Part shown: piece after piece, positions 15,430 to 25,520 of the stretch | Layout: the number at the start of each line of letters is the position of its first letter | Position numbering within the stretch: position 1 is the first letter of the stretch | From: a virus | Reading direction: 5' to 3' (one strand) | Virus record (IMG/VR): IMGVR_UViG_3300046777_002415 | Span: 1 to 64,000 of that record | Length of the DNA: 64,000 nt | Notes under the pieces: model-generated | Told to the model about the DNA's origin: nothing | Seen by the model: the letters and a program-made list of their open reading frames with translations, nothing else | Database searches by the model: none | Translations under genes and position numbers: made by a program

Positions 15430-17535
15430 ATGTCTTTAGTTGATTTTTTAGGCAAGTGCCAGAAGAAGTACGGGGAGCTTTACGACTACAGCGCCGTGGA
15501 GTACAAGAACAGCCAGTCCCCCGTGACCATCATCTGCAGGACACACGGTCCATTTCAGATGCGGCCAGCAGCGCATCTGCATAAACAAGGGTGCCCGACA
15601 TGCGGTCGGGAAAGATCAGCCAGTTTGCGGAGGACTAGCGTAGCTTCCTTTGTAGAGAGGGCGAGCACGATACACAAAGGGGAGTATGACTACAGCCAGG
15701 TAATCCAACCACCGGACAACAAGACCAAGGTCACTATCATCTGCAAAAAACACGGTGCTTTCGCACAGAGCTTTAACGCTCACTTGGGAGGCACAGGGTG
15801 CCCGGGTTGCGGTGCGGAGAGGGCGGCAGGGAGCAGGAGATCCAACTTCGTTGAATTTTTGGAGAAGGCCAGAAAGGTTCACGGAGACAAGTATGATTAC
15901 TCTCTGACCGAATACAAAGGTTCGGAGACCAAGGTAAAAATCCGCTGTAAGGCATGTGACTCCTTATTTGAGCAAGCCCCGCATAATCACATCAACCAAA
16001 AACAAGGATGCCCAGATTGTGGCAGGCGCAGTAGTGAACGTAGTCGTCGCAAGGACCAGGATAAGTTTATTTCCGAGGCCGTGGCCATCCACGGAGATAC
16101 GTACATCTACGACTTAGTTCAGTACGAGGGGGCCAACAACAATGTAACCATCATTTGTAGGGAGCATGGTGAGTTTCTACAGCGCCCTGCCCAACACCTG
16201 AAAGGGCAAGGCTGCCGGAAATGCGGGATCACCCGTAGGACCCAAGCGAGCCGCAACACTACCGAGTGGTTTACTGCAGAGGCCAGAAAGGTTCATGGAG
16301 ATAGGTTTGACTACACAAACACCACATACACCACCTCCGCGGACAAGGTTACGTATATCTGCGAGGACCACGGGGAGGTAACCGTGCTGCCATACGACCA
16401 CCTCAAAGGGATAGGCTGCCCTACGTGCTCTCATACCTTGGCAGGGGAAAGGAGGCGCACGAGTTTCCGGGAATTCATGGTCAAGGCATTTGCCATTCAC
16501 GAAGGTAGGTACAGCTATATCGAAGATGGCTTCATCGACAGCAAGACGCCCGCCAACATCCTTTGTCACGTACACGGGGTGTTTCAGCAGCAACCCAATA
16601 GCCATCTAGGTGGCCACGGCTGCAAAGCATGCAGCGGGTCTAATGGCGAGAACTCAATGGCGGAGTTTCTATGGCACCTCGGCGTCAACGTCGTGCGATG
16701 GGACAGAACCATCCTTGATGGGTTCGAACTCGATTTCTACCTACCAGACCAGAATCTGGCGATCGAGTACAACGGTCTGCGATATCACAGTTCTTGGGCA
16801 GATGAACACCGTGGCAGGGACTGGGTTCGGAATCACCAGAAATGGAAGCAGGAACAATGCGCGAAGAAAGGTATTCGGCTACTCCACTATTACGAGGATG
16901 AGTGGATCAACCGTAGAGCAGCGGTCACCAAACAGTTGTCCCTCGCGCTTGGCCGCTACGACGGGCCGAGGCACTACGCAAGGCAAACCAAGACCACATG
17001 GCTGCCCTGGGCAGACGCCAAGGACTTCATGGACCTCCACCACTTGCAGGGTGCCCCCATGCAGGGTACGAGTTACGGGCTGGAAGTCGACGACAAGATC
17101 GTGGCAGTGATGATCTTTGCGGCGATCACATCCAAGCGAGGGGAGAAGGCATGTCCATCCAAATGGGAACTGGTTCGGTACGCCAGCGATGGCCAAGTAG
17201 TTGGAGGGGCCTCCAAGCTGCTGGCCGCGTTCGTAAAGCACCACCCGGAAGCCAGGGAGGTCGTCAGCTACTCTGATAACCGCTGGGCCAGCGGAGACGT
17301 ATACCGCAGGCTGGGCTTTACCGAGGACTCTCAAGTCCCCGTGGATTACATGTATATCAAGACCAGCACGGTCGAGCGGTTCCACAAATCCAACTTCCGC
17401 CGATCCGCCCTCGCCAAGAAGTACCCGGACCAATTCGACCCCGCCCTTTCCGAGCGCGAGAACTGCCACAAGCTGGGCTTCTATCAGATCTTCAATTGCG
17501 GCCTCACCAAATGGGTTCGCCACTTCCAAAGCTGA
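15430..17535 (+). CDS. Free-standing Hef-like homing endonuclease: six Zn-binding repeats + PD-(D/E)xK/Vsr-like nuclease + GNAT/Mom-like C-terminal domain
   Basis: Six ~69-aa repeats CxxH/C...H..G.GCPxC; ELDFYLPDQNLAIEYNGLRYHS; WELVRYA...GGASKLL...SYSDNRWASGDVYRRLGF. Confidence 0.8.
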   Translation: MSLVDFLGKCQKKYGELYDYSAVEYKNSQSPVTIICRTHGPFQMRPAAHLHKQGCPTCGRERSASLRRTSVASFVERASTIHKGEYDYSQVIQPPDNKTKVTIICKKHGAFAQSFNAHLGGTGCPGCGAERAAGSRRSNFVEFLEKARKVHGDKYDYSLTEYKGSETKVKIRCKACDSLFEQAPHNHINQKQGCPDCGRRSSERSRRKDQDKFISEAVAIHGDTYIYDLVQYEGANNNVTIICREHGEFLQRPAQHLKGQGCRKCGITRRTQASRNTTEWFTAEARKVHGDRFDYTNTTYTTSADKVTYICEDHGEVTVLPYDHLKGIGCPTCSHTLAGERRRTSFREFMVKAFAIHEGRYSYIEDGFIDSKTPANILCHVHGVFQQQPNSHLGGHGCKACSGSNGENSMAEFLWHLGVNVVRWDRTILDGFELDFYLPDQNLAIEYNGLRYHSSWADEHRGRDWVRNHQKWKQEQCAKKGIRLLHYYEDEWINRRAAVTKQLSLALGRYDGPRHYARQTKTTWLPWADAKDFMDLHHLQGAPMQGTSYGLEVDDKIVAVMIFAAITSKRGEKACPSKWELVRYASDGQVVGGASKLLAAFVKHHPEAREVVSYSDNRWASGDVYRRLGFTEDSQVPVDYMYIKTSTVERFHKSNFRRSALAKKYPDQFDPALSERENCHKLGFYQIFNCGLTKWVRHFQS

Positions 17536-17552
17536 ATCAATAGGGTTACACT
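17524..17552 (+). promoter_or_regulatory. Late-region promoter
   Basis: TTCCAA-N17-TACACT, near copy of 10076-10104. Confidence 0.65.
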
Positions 17553-17588
17553 TTGTAGCAGGAATTTATCAACACAAGGATCTGTGTT

Positions 17589-17876
17589 ATGGCCAGAATG
17601 CGCCGACTCCCCGATTTTCAAGAACCTCAGGTCCCGTCCACTCCCGTGGTGGGCGAAGGCGACCGGCTATCCGTTAGCGGCCAAGTGCAAGTGACCGAGG
17701 CATCCGCTGCCCCCAAAGTGGAGGTCAGCAAACCCCTTCTCATCGAGGCCATCAAGTCCAGCCTCCTCGAGCCGCACGAGCTGATCTGGTTTCACCCCGG
17801 CAAACCCAAAGAGGTTGCCCGCATCACCAAGTGGATGCAGGCCCAGATCAATGCGGGATTGCTGAGGCAGGTCTAA
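17589..17876 (+). CDS. Hypothetical virion-associated protein
   Basis: 95-aa ORF after promoter. Confidence 0.7.
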   Translation: MARMRRLPDFQEPQVPSTPVVGEGDRLSVSGQVQVTEASAAPKVEVSKPLLIEAIKSSLLEPHELIWFHPGKPKEVARITKWMQAQINAGLLRQV

Positions 17877-18245
17877 ATGCAGACCCTGCCTCCCTTCAAG
17901 CGCGGCGACACCTTCAGCCTCGGCTGTCTGGCTAAGGATGCCGGAGGTGTTCCAGAGGATCTGTCCAACATCACCCTGAGAGCACAGATCCGCCGCCAAG
18001 GCACCCGCCTGGCGCCGGAGCCGGTGTTCGTCGCGGAGCTGACGGTCGACAAGGCCAACCAATCCACCCACAAGGGTGAGTTCTCACTGACGGCGCTGCC
18101 GGCGGTAACCAAGCTGTGGCAGAGCGGTCTGGAGGCTACCCCGGTTATGCACGTCGTGGATATCCAGAAAGACGTCGCAGGCGTCGTTATCAGCTCCGAG
18201 ACCTTCGCGGTACCGGTGATCAAGGATGTCACCTATGACGATTGA
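17877..18245 (+). CDS. Fibre-anchoring / BppU-like structural protein
   Basis: FKRGDTFSL...DLSNITLRAQIR...DIQ...SSETF pattern. Confidence 0.65.
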   Translation: MQTLPPFKRGDTFSLGCLAKDAGGVPEDLSNITLRAQIRRQGTRLAPEPVFVAELTVDKANQSTHKGEFSLTALPAVTKLWQSGLEATPVMHVVDIQKDVAGVVISSETFAVPVIKDVTYDD

Positions 18246-20379
18246 AATCACATCTCTGTATGGCCCGGGCACTGCTCCCACCATAACCCTGCAATCTCAG
18301 GACGCTGGAGGAGCGATCGCCGCTCGTGCCGCGGCCGAGGCGGCAAAGACCAGCGCGGCTGCTGCACTGGCCAGCGAGGTGGCAGCAGAAGCAGATCGAA
18401 TGCAGACCGGGCTCGACCGGGTACAGACCGGTCAGGACCGGCAGGTCACGAGTGCGGATGCCACCGCGACCTCTCAGGACCGGGTACAGACAGGGCAGGA
18501 CCGCACCGCCACTGCCGCTGACCGGATACAGACCGGGCAGGACCGAAGCACTTCGACTTCGGCAGCTACTGTAGCCACAACCCAGGCAGGCATTGCTGTC
18601 AGCCAAGCCCAGGCAGCCGCGATTTCTGCCGGTGACGCTGCGGACAGCGCTGACTCCTCGATTGCTGCCGCCGAAGTGTCTGTCGCTAAAGCTGCGATTG
18701 CCACGCAGAAGGCAGCGGATGCATCGAACTTCGCACAGTCAGCTGAAACATCCAAGAATACGGCCCAGTCTCACGCTCAGACTGCGACCACGCAGGCAGG
18801 GATCGCCACCACGAAAGCTGGGGAAGCGAGCACTTCGGCCACAACTGCCAGCACACAGGCAGGAGCTGCCACAACCAAAGCTAATCAAGCGGGTTCATCC
18901 GCCGACGCTGCGTCAGCCAGCGCCACAGTGGCCACTGACCAAGCAGCCATAGCCACTGCCAAGGCCGCTGTAGCCACGACCAAAGCGAGCGAGGCCAGCG
19001 GCTCTGCATCCACAGCAACGACCAAGGCCGGGGAAGCTCTGTCTTCCGCCAATGCCGCCAGCGCTTCGGCAACTACCGCAACCACCGAGGCGGGGGAGGC
19101 ATCAGCATCGGCTGTCACGGCCAGCACCCAAGCAGGGACTGCCACAACCAAAGCGTCGGAGGCCAGCGCATCCGCCCTCAGTGCCAGCAGTAGCGCCCAG
19201 ACGGCAGTAACTCAAGCCAATACAGCGACAACCAAGGCGAGTGAAGCCGCCGCGTCTGCATCAGGTGCTGCTACCTCCGCATCCACCGCAACAACTCAGG
19301 CCGGTATCGCCACAACCAAGGCGAGCGAGGCTAGTGCCTCCGCATCCACCGCAACGACCCAGGCCGGCACCGCCACAACCAAAGCAGGGGAAGCATCTGC
19401 CAGCGCATCTGCTGCCAGTGGCAGTGCAGTGGCTGCTGCGGCTTCTGCAGACAGCGCGGCGGCAAGCGCCAGCACCGCCCAGGGCGTAATCAACGACCCT
19501 GATTTCGGGCTTGTCGTAGCGGGGCTGGAAGCCTTGGCCATCTCGGGCGAGATACAGACGGTCGCGGCCAATATAACGGACATACAGAACGCAGAAGAGA
19601 ATGCTGCCACTGCAGTCCTGAACGCAAGCATATCCGGTGTGCAGGCCGGTAATGCCATTGTTTCGGCGCAGGCCGCGCAGGCCGCCGCTGCCAATGCTGT
19701 TGCGGTTGTCACCGGAGGAACAGCCTCACTGACTCCGAGCGCGGGGAAAATCCCGATCGCCGACGCCACAGGCAAGATCGACTATGGGTGGGTTGACCCC
19801 ATCCCCGCTGTTGCCGCGAACCTCCACCGGTCCCCGAACGCCATCACGTCGATGTTCATTTATGACACCAGCAAAGCGTCAGACGGCGGGGCATTCATCG
19901 ACAAATTGGGTGCTACGTCCATCGTCAATGAAACGCTGAATGGCAAATGGTTGGGACAGCAAGCCAATGAATCGGCGGCTCGGGCAGTATCCGGTGCAGC
20001 CACGGGCGATTTTTATCAACTCACGTCAGACGGCAAGGTCTACAAGCTCAACGCAGGCTCTGGCGTCACCCAGGTTTACCGCGGCAACTCCGCCAAATGG
20101 CCGCGATTGATGGCGTTCGTCGCGGAATCCCTTGGACTATTCATCTACGACTTGACCCAGGCGGGTCGCCCGTTGTTTCGACACTTCCCGGTCGGCGCCA
20201 ATGAGATTGTGATCGCCACCCCCACCAGCGTTCAGGCGCTGGAATCCACTATCGCTATCGGCACGGCCAGCGGCTTGATCCTGATGGACTTTGCGCGGGA
20301 CGTTGCGAAAAAACTGACTACCGGCACCGATCAGGCATACAAGGGCTTTCTGGCTAAAGCCACCGCTGGATGGGCGTGA
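18235..20379 (+). CDS. Tail fibre, N-terminal part (Stf-like Ala/Thr/Ser repeats)
   Basis: DRVQTGQ and ATTKAGEASASA repeats, then globular region truncated at HNH. Confidence 0.8.
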   Translation: MTIEITSLYGPGTAPTITLQSQDAGGAIAARAAAEAAKTSAAAALASEVAAEADRMQTGLDRVQTGQDRQVTSADATATSQDRVQTGQDRTATAADRIQTGQDRSTSTSAATVATTQAGIAVSQAQAAAISAGDAADSADSSIAAAEVSVAKAAIATQKAADASNFAQSAETSKNTAQSHAQTATTQAGIATTKAGEASTSATTASTQAGAATTKANQAGSSADAASASATVATDQAAIATAKAAVATTKASEASGSASTATTKAGEALSSANAASASATTATTEAGEASASAVTASTQAGTATTKASEASASALSASSSAQTAVTQANTATTKASEAAASASGAATSASTATTQAGIATTKASEASASASTATTQAGTATTKAGEASASASAASGSAVAAAASADSAAASASTAQGVINDPDFGLVVAGLEALAISGEIQTVAANITDIQNAEENAATAVLNASISGVQAGNAIVSAQAAQAAAANAVAVVTGGTASLTPSAGKIPIADATGKIDYGWVDPIPAVAANLHRSPNAITSMFIYDTSKASDGGAFIDKLGATSIVNETLNGKWLGQQANESAARAVSGAATGDFYQLTSDGKVYKLNAGSGVTQVYRGNSAKWPRLMAFVAESLGLFIYDLTQAGRPLFRHFPVGANEIVIATPTSVQALESTIAIGTASGLILMDFARDVAKKLTTGTDQAYKGFLAKATAGWA

Positions 20380-21116
20380 TGGGAGTCTCTCTAAGCCACG
20401 AAATCGTTGCCGCTTACCAAAGCGGTCTGTCGATGCACGAATGCGCTAGGCGCTTCGGAATGTCACGCACGTCATTGTCGTACCGGCTAAAGAAGGCGGG
20501 AATCCGCATCAAGCAGAAGGCAGAGGTTATTGCCGAGCAATATGCCGACGCACCGTGGCGCAACAAAGACCAGATGCTTGATCTGTACGAGCGCCAAGGC
20601 AAATCAACGATTGAAATCGCCGAAATGTTTGGGTGCGACAGGTCAGTTGTGACTGACTGGCTGAATCGCTTTGGCGCAACCATGCGGACCACTGCCGAAA
20701 CTCAAAAAGGCAAAGAGCCCGCCACAAAAGGCAAAGGCAAGCGGAACAGTACCGAGACCGTGCTGTGTGCTTGTGGCTGCGGCACATCCATTAAGCGGTA
20801 CAGCTTCAGTAGCAGCGAGGTGCGGTTTGCCAGCGGTCATCGGATACATGGTGCCGATCACCCACGGTACAAGCCGAATGGCGGCAGACGGACGGACAGG
20901 CATGACAGGGCCGATTACCGAGTTTGGCGCAGAGAGGTTCTTGCCGCAAACAGCTATACCTGCGCCGTGTGCGGGGTTAAGGGTGGAAAACTGCATTCGC
21001 ACCATGTGCTGCCGTTTTCAAAATTCCCACAATACAGGTACGAAGTCACCAATGGTCTGGCCATGTGTAAACCCTACCATATCGAAACACACAAAGTTGC
21101 CAGGGAGATCATGTAA
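20379..21116 (+). CDS. HNH homing endonuclease with N-terminal HTHs
   Basis: CAVCG...LHSHHVLPFS...VTNGLAMCKPYH; two HTH units; CACGCG; TGATG and TAATG overlaps (alternative start 20370). Confidence 0.85.
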   Translation: MGVSLSHEIVAAYQSGLSMHECARRFGMSRTSLSYRLKKAGIRIKQKAEVIAEQYADAPWRNKDQMLDLYERQGKSTIEIAEMFGCDRSVVTDWLNRFGATMRTTAETQKGKEPATKGKGKRNSTETVLCACGCGTSIKRYSFSSSEVRFASGHRIHGADHPRYKPNGGRRTDRHDRADYRVWRREVLAANSYTCAVCGVKGGKLHSHHVLPFSKFPQYRYEVTNGLAMCKPYHIETHKVAREIM

Positions 21117-24100
21117 TGCCTATAGTAAACAACACCGTCAACGCCGTCGCCATGACCATCCTCCCCGACGCGCCGGTTGATCCTGTTACCGGATTGAAGG
21201 TGCCGACGATTGCGGTGGCTACGGGCGGGGGAATTTCGGTTATCAAGCATAATGGGACGGTAGTTAATAGCAGTAGCACACTACAATACAATGCTGTTTT
21301 GTTTGCGGATAAACAGTATTTGTGCTCTGCCTACCAGCAATACGTTTACTTAACGCCTCGGTCAGTGTGGGAGCAGTCTGGATTCACGATCTCCAGTGGT
21401 GGGTATTACGACTCTAGCTTCCAATCACCACTAAGTATTCTTAGTGCAACCGGATCAACTACTGTTAGGCGTTTTGCGCGTGGCGATTCTCAATTTATTG
21501 TGCAAAGAGACAAGGGGGCGCAGATTCTAAAACGCCATAACACTACCACCAAGGCGACGGCAGCAGAAATTACCAACACCCACAACACCGGCCACCTCGT
21601 CGGTGACATCCGCCGCTGCTTTTTGGCCGACATCGGATCGGGGAGTGTGACGGGACCGGAGTTGGTGACGAACGGGGATTTCTCGAATGAGACGACGGGG
21701 TGGACTGCTGGGTCCGCGACTATGGCTGTTGTCGGTGGGCGACTGCAAATCACCAATACGGGCACAGTGTTTGGCAAAGCGTATCAATCGTTTGCGACAA
21801 CAATCGGCGGTTCCTATCGCTTGTCATTCAGCGCAGGGCCGGTGACAGCATCTGCGGCGGCTGTATATGCGTCTGTAGATACGACATCCAGCGGAAGTAT
21901 AGGGGTTATAAGTAGCATAACGACTTACGGAAACCGTGAATTTATTTTTAGAGCGACAACCACAACCACTTATGTCCTGCTGATCAATACCAATACTAAC
22001 AACGGCATTGGCGAATACGACAACATCTCCGTCCGCGAAGTCATCCCCGACCGCTCCTACAAGGCCCAAAGCGCGAACATTGTTGGCACCCTGACCAAAA
22101 CCGCTGCTGCTGTTAATGCTCAGATGGCAGCGTACTCCGGGTTCTCGGCGGCGAACTACGCAAGGGAGCCGTACAGTGCCGATCTCGATTTCGGCACGGG
22201 CGAGTGGACCGCGAGTGCGTGGGTGAATGTGCTTGTTGGGAACTTCCCGGTGGTTGGGGGTGAGCTTCTTACCGGCACATTCACCAACGGTTCACCGGGA
22301 TTCGATACGTTTTCACCGAGCGGCACGACGGAATTTACCGGCACAACAACAACGGCAAAATCCGCTCGTTGCTACATAGGTAATTTGTCTGCATTTGTCG
22401 GTAAAATAATTACAATATCAGGAACAGTATCATCAAGCGGGATATCAGCCGTGTCAATGAATTTCTCATCGGCTGGCTCGCAAAGCTCAGGATTAACTAG
22501 CGGATGGGTTATTACAGCAAACGGGAATTTCACCACTACCGTATATGTTCCGGTCAACGCTTCTAATCTGTTGATTCTAGGAACGTCAACTGGCGTTTCG
22601 ACCATGACGCTATCCAATCTATCCGTCAAAGAGCTTGCCCCCGCCCTCATCGCTGACCGTGCCTTCTCCACTGGCCCCAAGATCAGTCTCGGTGTTAGCG
22701 CCTTGGGCAATCTCACCGCCACTGCTTTCGACGGCACCACCACCCGCACGGTTACGACAAGCGCCGCTTACAACACCGGGACTTGGAACAAAGCTCGGGT
22801 CAACTACACCACGGACGGCACCCTGGCGCTGTTGGTGAATGGCGTGGAAGTAGCGGCGACTCGGGGTAATCCGCTGTTGAGTTTGAGTAGTAGGTATAAC
22901 TTACTGAATTACTCAGAGCAGTTCGATAACGGCGCATGGACAAAAGGAACTAATGTCACAGTCATTCCCAATTCAGCGACAGACCCTCTTGGTGGTAGTA
23001 CGGCTGACAAAATTTCCGTTTCATCGAGTTTAGACTCAAGTGCTACTCGCATTTCTCAGGCTGTAAATGTAGGCGGCGATCTTGTATTTTCGGTATGGCT
23101 TCGGGCTGCGACAGCCCAGACCGTAAGACTAAAAATCTTTGGGACAACAGGAACCGTCGTCATTAGCTCACTTGATGTTTCAGTTACGTCAAGCTGGACT
23201 AGGTTTTCTATAACAGGGGTGGGCGCTGTTCCCAACAGTACCGTGACCATAGGACCAGCGATTTCCGTGCTAACAGATATAGAGGTCTGGGGCGCTCAAG
23301 TTGAGGTTGGTTCCACTGCCAAAACCTACCAGCACACCACCACGGTAGCCGAAACAGAGGTTGCCCCTCTCACTATCGGCAACAGCTACGCCCTCGATGC
23401 GCCGTTCCCCGGTTCGCTGGCCTTGCTGAAGTTCTCCGCGACCGTTCCCACCACCGAGCAATCGGTCTGGATGTACGAGCAGGAGAAGCAACTTTTCCGC
23501 GAGGGTGCTCAGTGTGTTCTCCCCGACTCCGGGAATATCCTCGACCTGACCTACGACGACGCGACCGACAAGTGGATCGCGGTGTCTGCGACCAATGAGA
23601 GCGAATGGTCGGGTCTGGTTCGCACCTCGACGGCTACGCCAAGCGCGGGTTCGTTCAGCAAGACCGTAGCCAAGTCAGGTGTGCAGTTGCTGGCTCGGAC
23701 CACGACCAACCCCGGTGTCGATGTGATGATCCCTGCCTATGGTCTGCGGTCGGAACTGGTGAGACGGGCCGAGGCTGCGGCATTGCTGAATGCCCAACTG
23801 GCGACCTTCGATTTCGTTGGCGGGTTCACGGCGACCACGGTAGCTGGCAACACAGCGATCACCAGTGTGGCGGGCCTGACTTATCCGACCTCCTACATCG
23901 GCGCAGTCGTCACGGGTTCAGGTATTCCGGCCAACACCGTCATCGTCGCGGTATCGGGCACGACCATCTACCTGAGTGCGGCGGCGACCGCCAGTGCATC
24001 CGGCGTACAGGTGAGCTTCACTGACTTCATTCTGCCAGTGGGTTATGAGGCTAGTACGGTCGCCGCCGCAGGCACCAGAAGACGTGAAGGGTCCACCGCC

Positions 24101-24202
24101 GATTTTGTCCGCCGATTCGACGGCTTCAAGGAGACGATCCGCTTTGCAGTCGCCCCCGGCCATACCGCATGGGTATCCATTCAAGCAGCCAGGAGCGCGT
24201 AA
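21116..24202 (+). CDS. Tail fibre / receptor-binding protein, C-terminal part (LamG and carbohydrate-binding-like modules)
   Basis: ELVTNGDFS, NLLNYSEQFDN...VWGAQVE and LDFGTGEWTASAWV modules. Confidence 0.8.
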   Translation: MPIVNNTVNAVAMTILPDAPVDPVTGLKVPTIAVATGGGISVIKHNGTVVNSSSTLQYNAVLFADKQYLCSAYQQYVYLTPRSVWEQSGFTISSGGYYDSSFQSPLSILSATGSTTVRRFARGDSQFIVQRDKGAQILKRHNTTTKATAAEITNTHNTGHLVGDIRRCFLADIGSGSVTGPELVTNGDFSNETTGWTAGSATMAVVGGRLQITNTGTVFGKAYQSFATTIGGSYRLSFSAGPVTASAAAVYASVDTTSSGSIGVISSITTYGNREFIFRATTTTTYVLLINTNTNNGIGEYDNISVREVIPDRSYKAQSANIVGTLTKTAAAVNAQMAAYSGFSAANYAREPYSADLDFGTGEWTASAWVNVLVGNFPVVGGELLTGTFTNGSPGFDTFSPSGTTEFTGTTTTAKSARCYIGNLSAFVGKIITISGTVSSSGISAVSMNFSSAGSQSSGLTSGWVITANGNFTTTVYVPVNASNLLILGTSTGVSTMTLSNLSVKELAPALIADRAFSTGPKISLGVSALGNLTATAFDGTTTRTVTTSAAYNTGTWNKARVNYTTDGTLALLVNGVEVAATRGNPLLSLSSRYNLLNYSEQFDNGAWTKGTNVTVIPNSATDPLGGSTADKISVSSSLDSSATRISQAVNVGGDLVFSVWLRAATAQTVRLKIFGTTGTVVISSLDVSVTSSWTRFSITGVGAVPNSTVTIGPAISVLTDIEVWGAQVEVGSTAKTYQHTTTVAETEVAPLTIGNSYALDAPFPGSLALLKFSATVPTTEQSVWMYEQEKQLFREGAQCVLPDSGNILDLTYDDATDKWIAVSATNESEWSGLVRTSTATPSAGSFSKTVAKSGVQLLARTTTNPGVDVMIPAYGLRSELVRRAEAAALLNAQLATFDFVGGFTATTVAGNTAITSVAGLTYPTSYIGAVVTGSGIPANTVIVAVSGTTIYLSAAATASASGVQVSFTDFILPVGYEASTVAAAGTRRREGSTADFVRRFDGFKETIRFAVAPGHTAWVSIQAARSA

Positions 24203-24699
24203 TGAGTTCCTTCATCGACATGATGGGCAGTGATGTTTGGTCCGACGCCGACATCACTCGCCGCACCGAAGCGATGGTTCGATCTGTCATGTCGTTGCAG
24301 GATGAGATGGTCCTGAATCGCAAGGTTCAGGGCGCGGCCTTGGGCGAATACACACTGACTGAGCAAGATCAGGCTGACATGGCGCGGCTGGCGCAAGCCG
24401 GGTTTGAGGCCCAGCAAATGGGTATCGCTGCGCGGGCGGATATGGCCCTGCTGCTGGAAGTATTCGATGTGGAAGCCGCTGAGGCGTGGCTGGCGCAATC
24501 GACTGTCGAGCCAGAACTGGATGAGGGCGGCAACGTCACCAACCAAGAGGCGGTTGACGCTGATGTTGAAGAACGCGCTGCCGCTCAGGCTGTGGTGGAT
24601 GCCGCTTCGCCTGAAGTCCTGGAGTGGGTGGAGAAACGTCGTCAACCCATTGTTGAAGAACCTGCTGTTGAACCTGAAACCCCGGAGATACCCGAATGA
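24202..24699 (+). CDS. Tail fibre-associated protein/chaperone
   Basis: AGGAG RBS, TAATG overlap, acidic. Confidence 0.65.
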   Translation: MSSFIDMMGSDVWSDADITRRTEAMVRSVMSLQDEMVLNRKVQGAALGEYTLTEQDQADMARLAQAGFEAQQMGIAARADMALLLEVFDVEAAEAWLAQSTVEPELDEGGNVTNQEAVDADVEERAAAQAVVDAASPEVLEWVEKRRQPIVEEPAVEPETPEIPE

Positions 24700-25064
24700 A
24701 ATTCTTGCTGCTGTTGCTGCTGTCGCTCCCCGCGTGGGCCAATCAAGCCCCGGAAATCTCGCAGGTCATCGTCAACGAAAACACGATGGTCGTGCGCGGG
24801 GCCAACCTCTGGAAAGTCCAGAGAGCGACCTTAGGTGGAAAAATAGTCAATACGATGCTGGGCGGGGTTGATCTGGTTGTCTCTTGTCGCAAGCTGGATA
24901 AGGTTCCTTGCGCGAACGGTCGTTGGATACCAGGCGTCTACACATTGCGGTTGTTCAAGGCGGGAAAAGCCCTGGTGGCGTATCCCGTGACGATTACCGG
25001 TTTGGAAAAGCAGGACCGCCCGACCCCACCCGAAACCATCATGCCCCGTCCAGCTTGGCAGTAA
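24696..25064 (+). CDS. Secreted protein with Sec signal peptide (Ig/IPT-like)
   Basis: MKFLLLLLLSLPAWA|; PEISQV...MVVRGANL. Confidence 0.7.
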   Translation: MKFLLLLLLSLPAWANQAPEISQVIVNENTMVVRGANLWKVQRATLGGKIVNTMLGGVDLVVSCRKLDKVPCANGRWIPGVYTLRLFKAGKALVAYPVTITGLEKQDRPTPPETIMPRPAWQ

Positions 25065-25067
25065 CCT

Positions 25068-25520
25068 ATGACCTCCCTCGCATTCCCTCAATTCCCCCAG
25101 CTCGACGAGACTTACACGCTCGGCGACCGCTCGTGGAAATGGAACGGGCTGGGTTGGGAGAAGCTGACCGAGGCGGTCTCTAAGCCTTACGGCATCGTGG
25201 CCTATTCCCCAGGAATACCAGAACCAAACGATGTACTGCTCCCGCACATAGCCGCATGGGCAGCCGAATTCCCACCAGACTTGGTGGGGAGCTACGCCAT
25301 CGCCGTGGTAGCCGCGACCTCACAGACTGATATCGCGATCAATGTCAGCGGCACCCAGGTCGGCACGATGCGGTTCGCCGCAGGATCTGCGGTTGGTACT
25401 TTCCTACCTGGGGCTGCATTCTCTTTGGCCCAAGGGGATGTGCTCACTGTAGTGGCACCTGCTCTCGCAGATGCCACGCTCAGTGATATTTCATTTACAT
25501 TAACGGGCAGTCGAGTATGA
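25068..25520 (+). CDS. Minor structural protein
   Basis: FP..P.L..TY...W.WNG..W N-terminal motif shared with 26715 gene. Confidence 0.7.
   Translation: MTSLAFPQFPQLDETYTLGDRSWKWNGLGWEKLTEAVSKPYGIVAYSPGIPEPNDVLLPHIAAWAAEFPPDLVGSYAIAVVAATSQTDIAINVSGTQVGTMRFAAGSAVGTFLPGAAFSLAQGDVLTVVAPALADATLSDISFTLTGSRV

Noticed and set aside
20370-21116. Group I intron around the HNH
   Set aside because: The ORF overlaps both flanking genes and no intron core elements were recognised.
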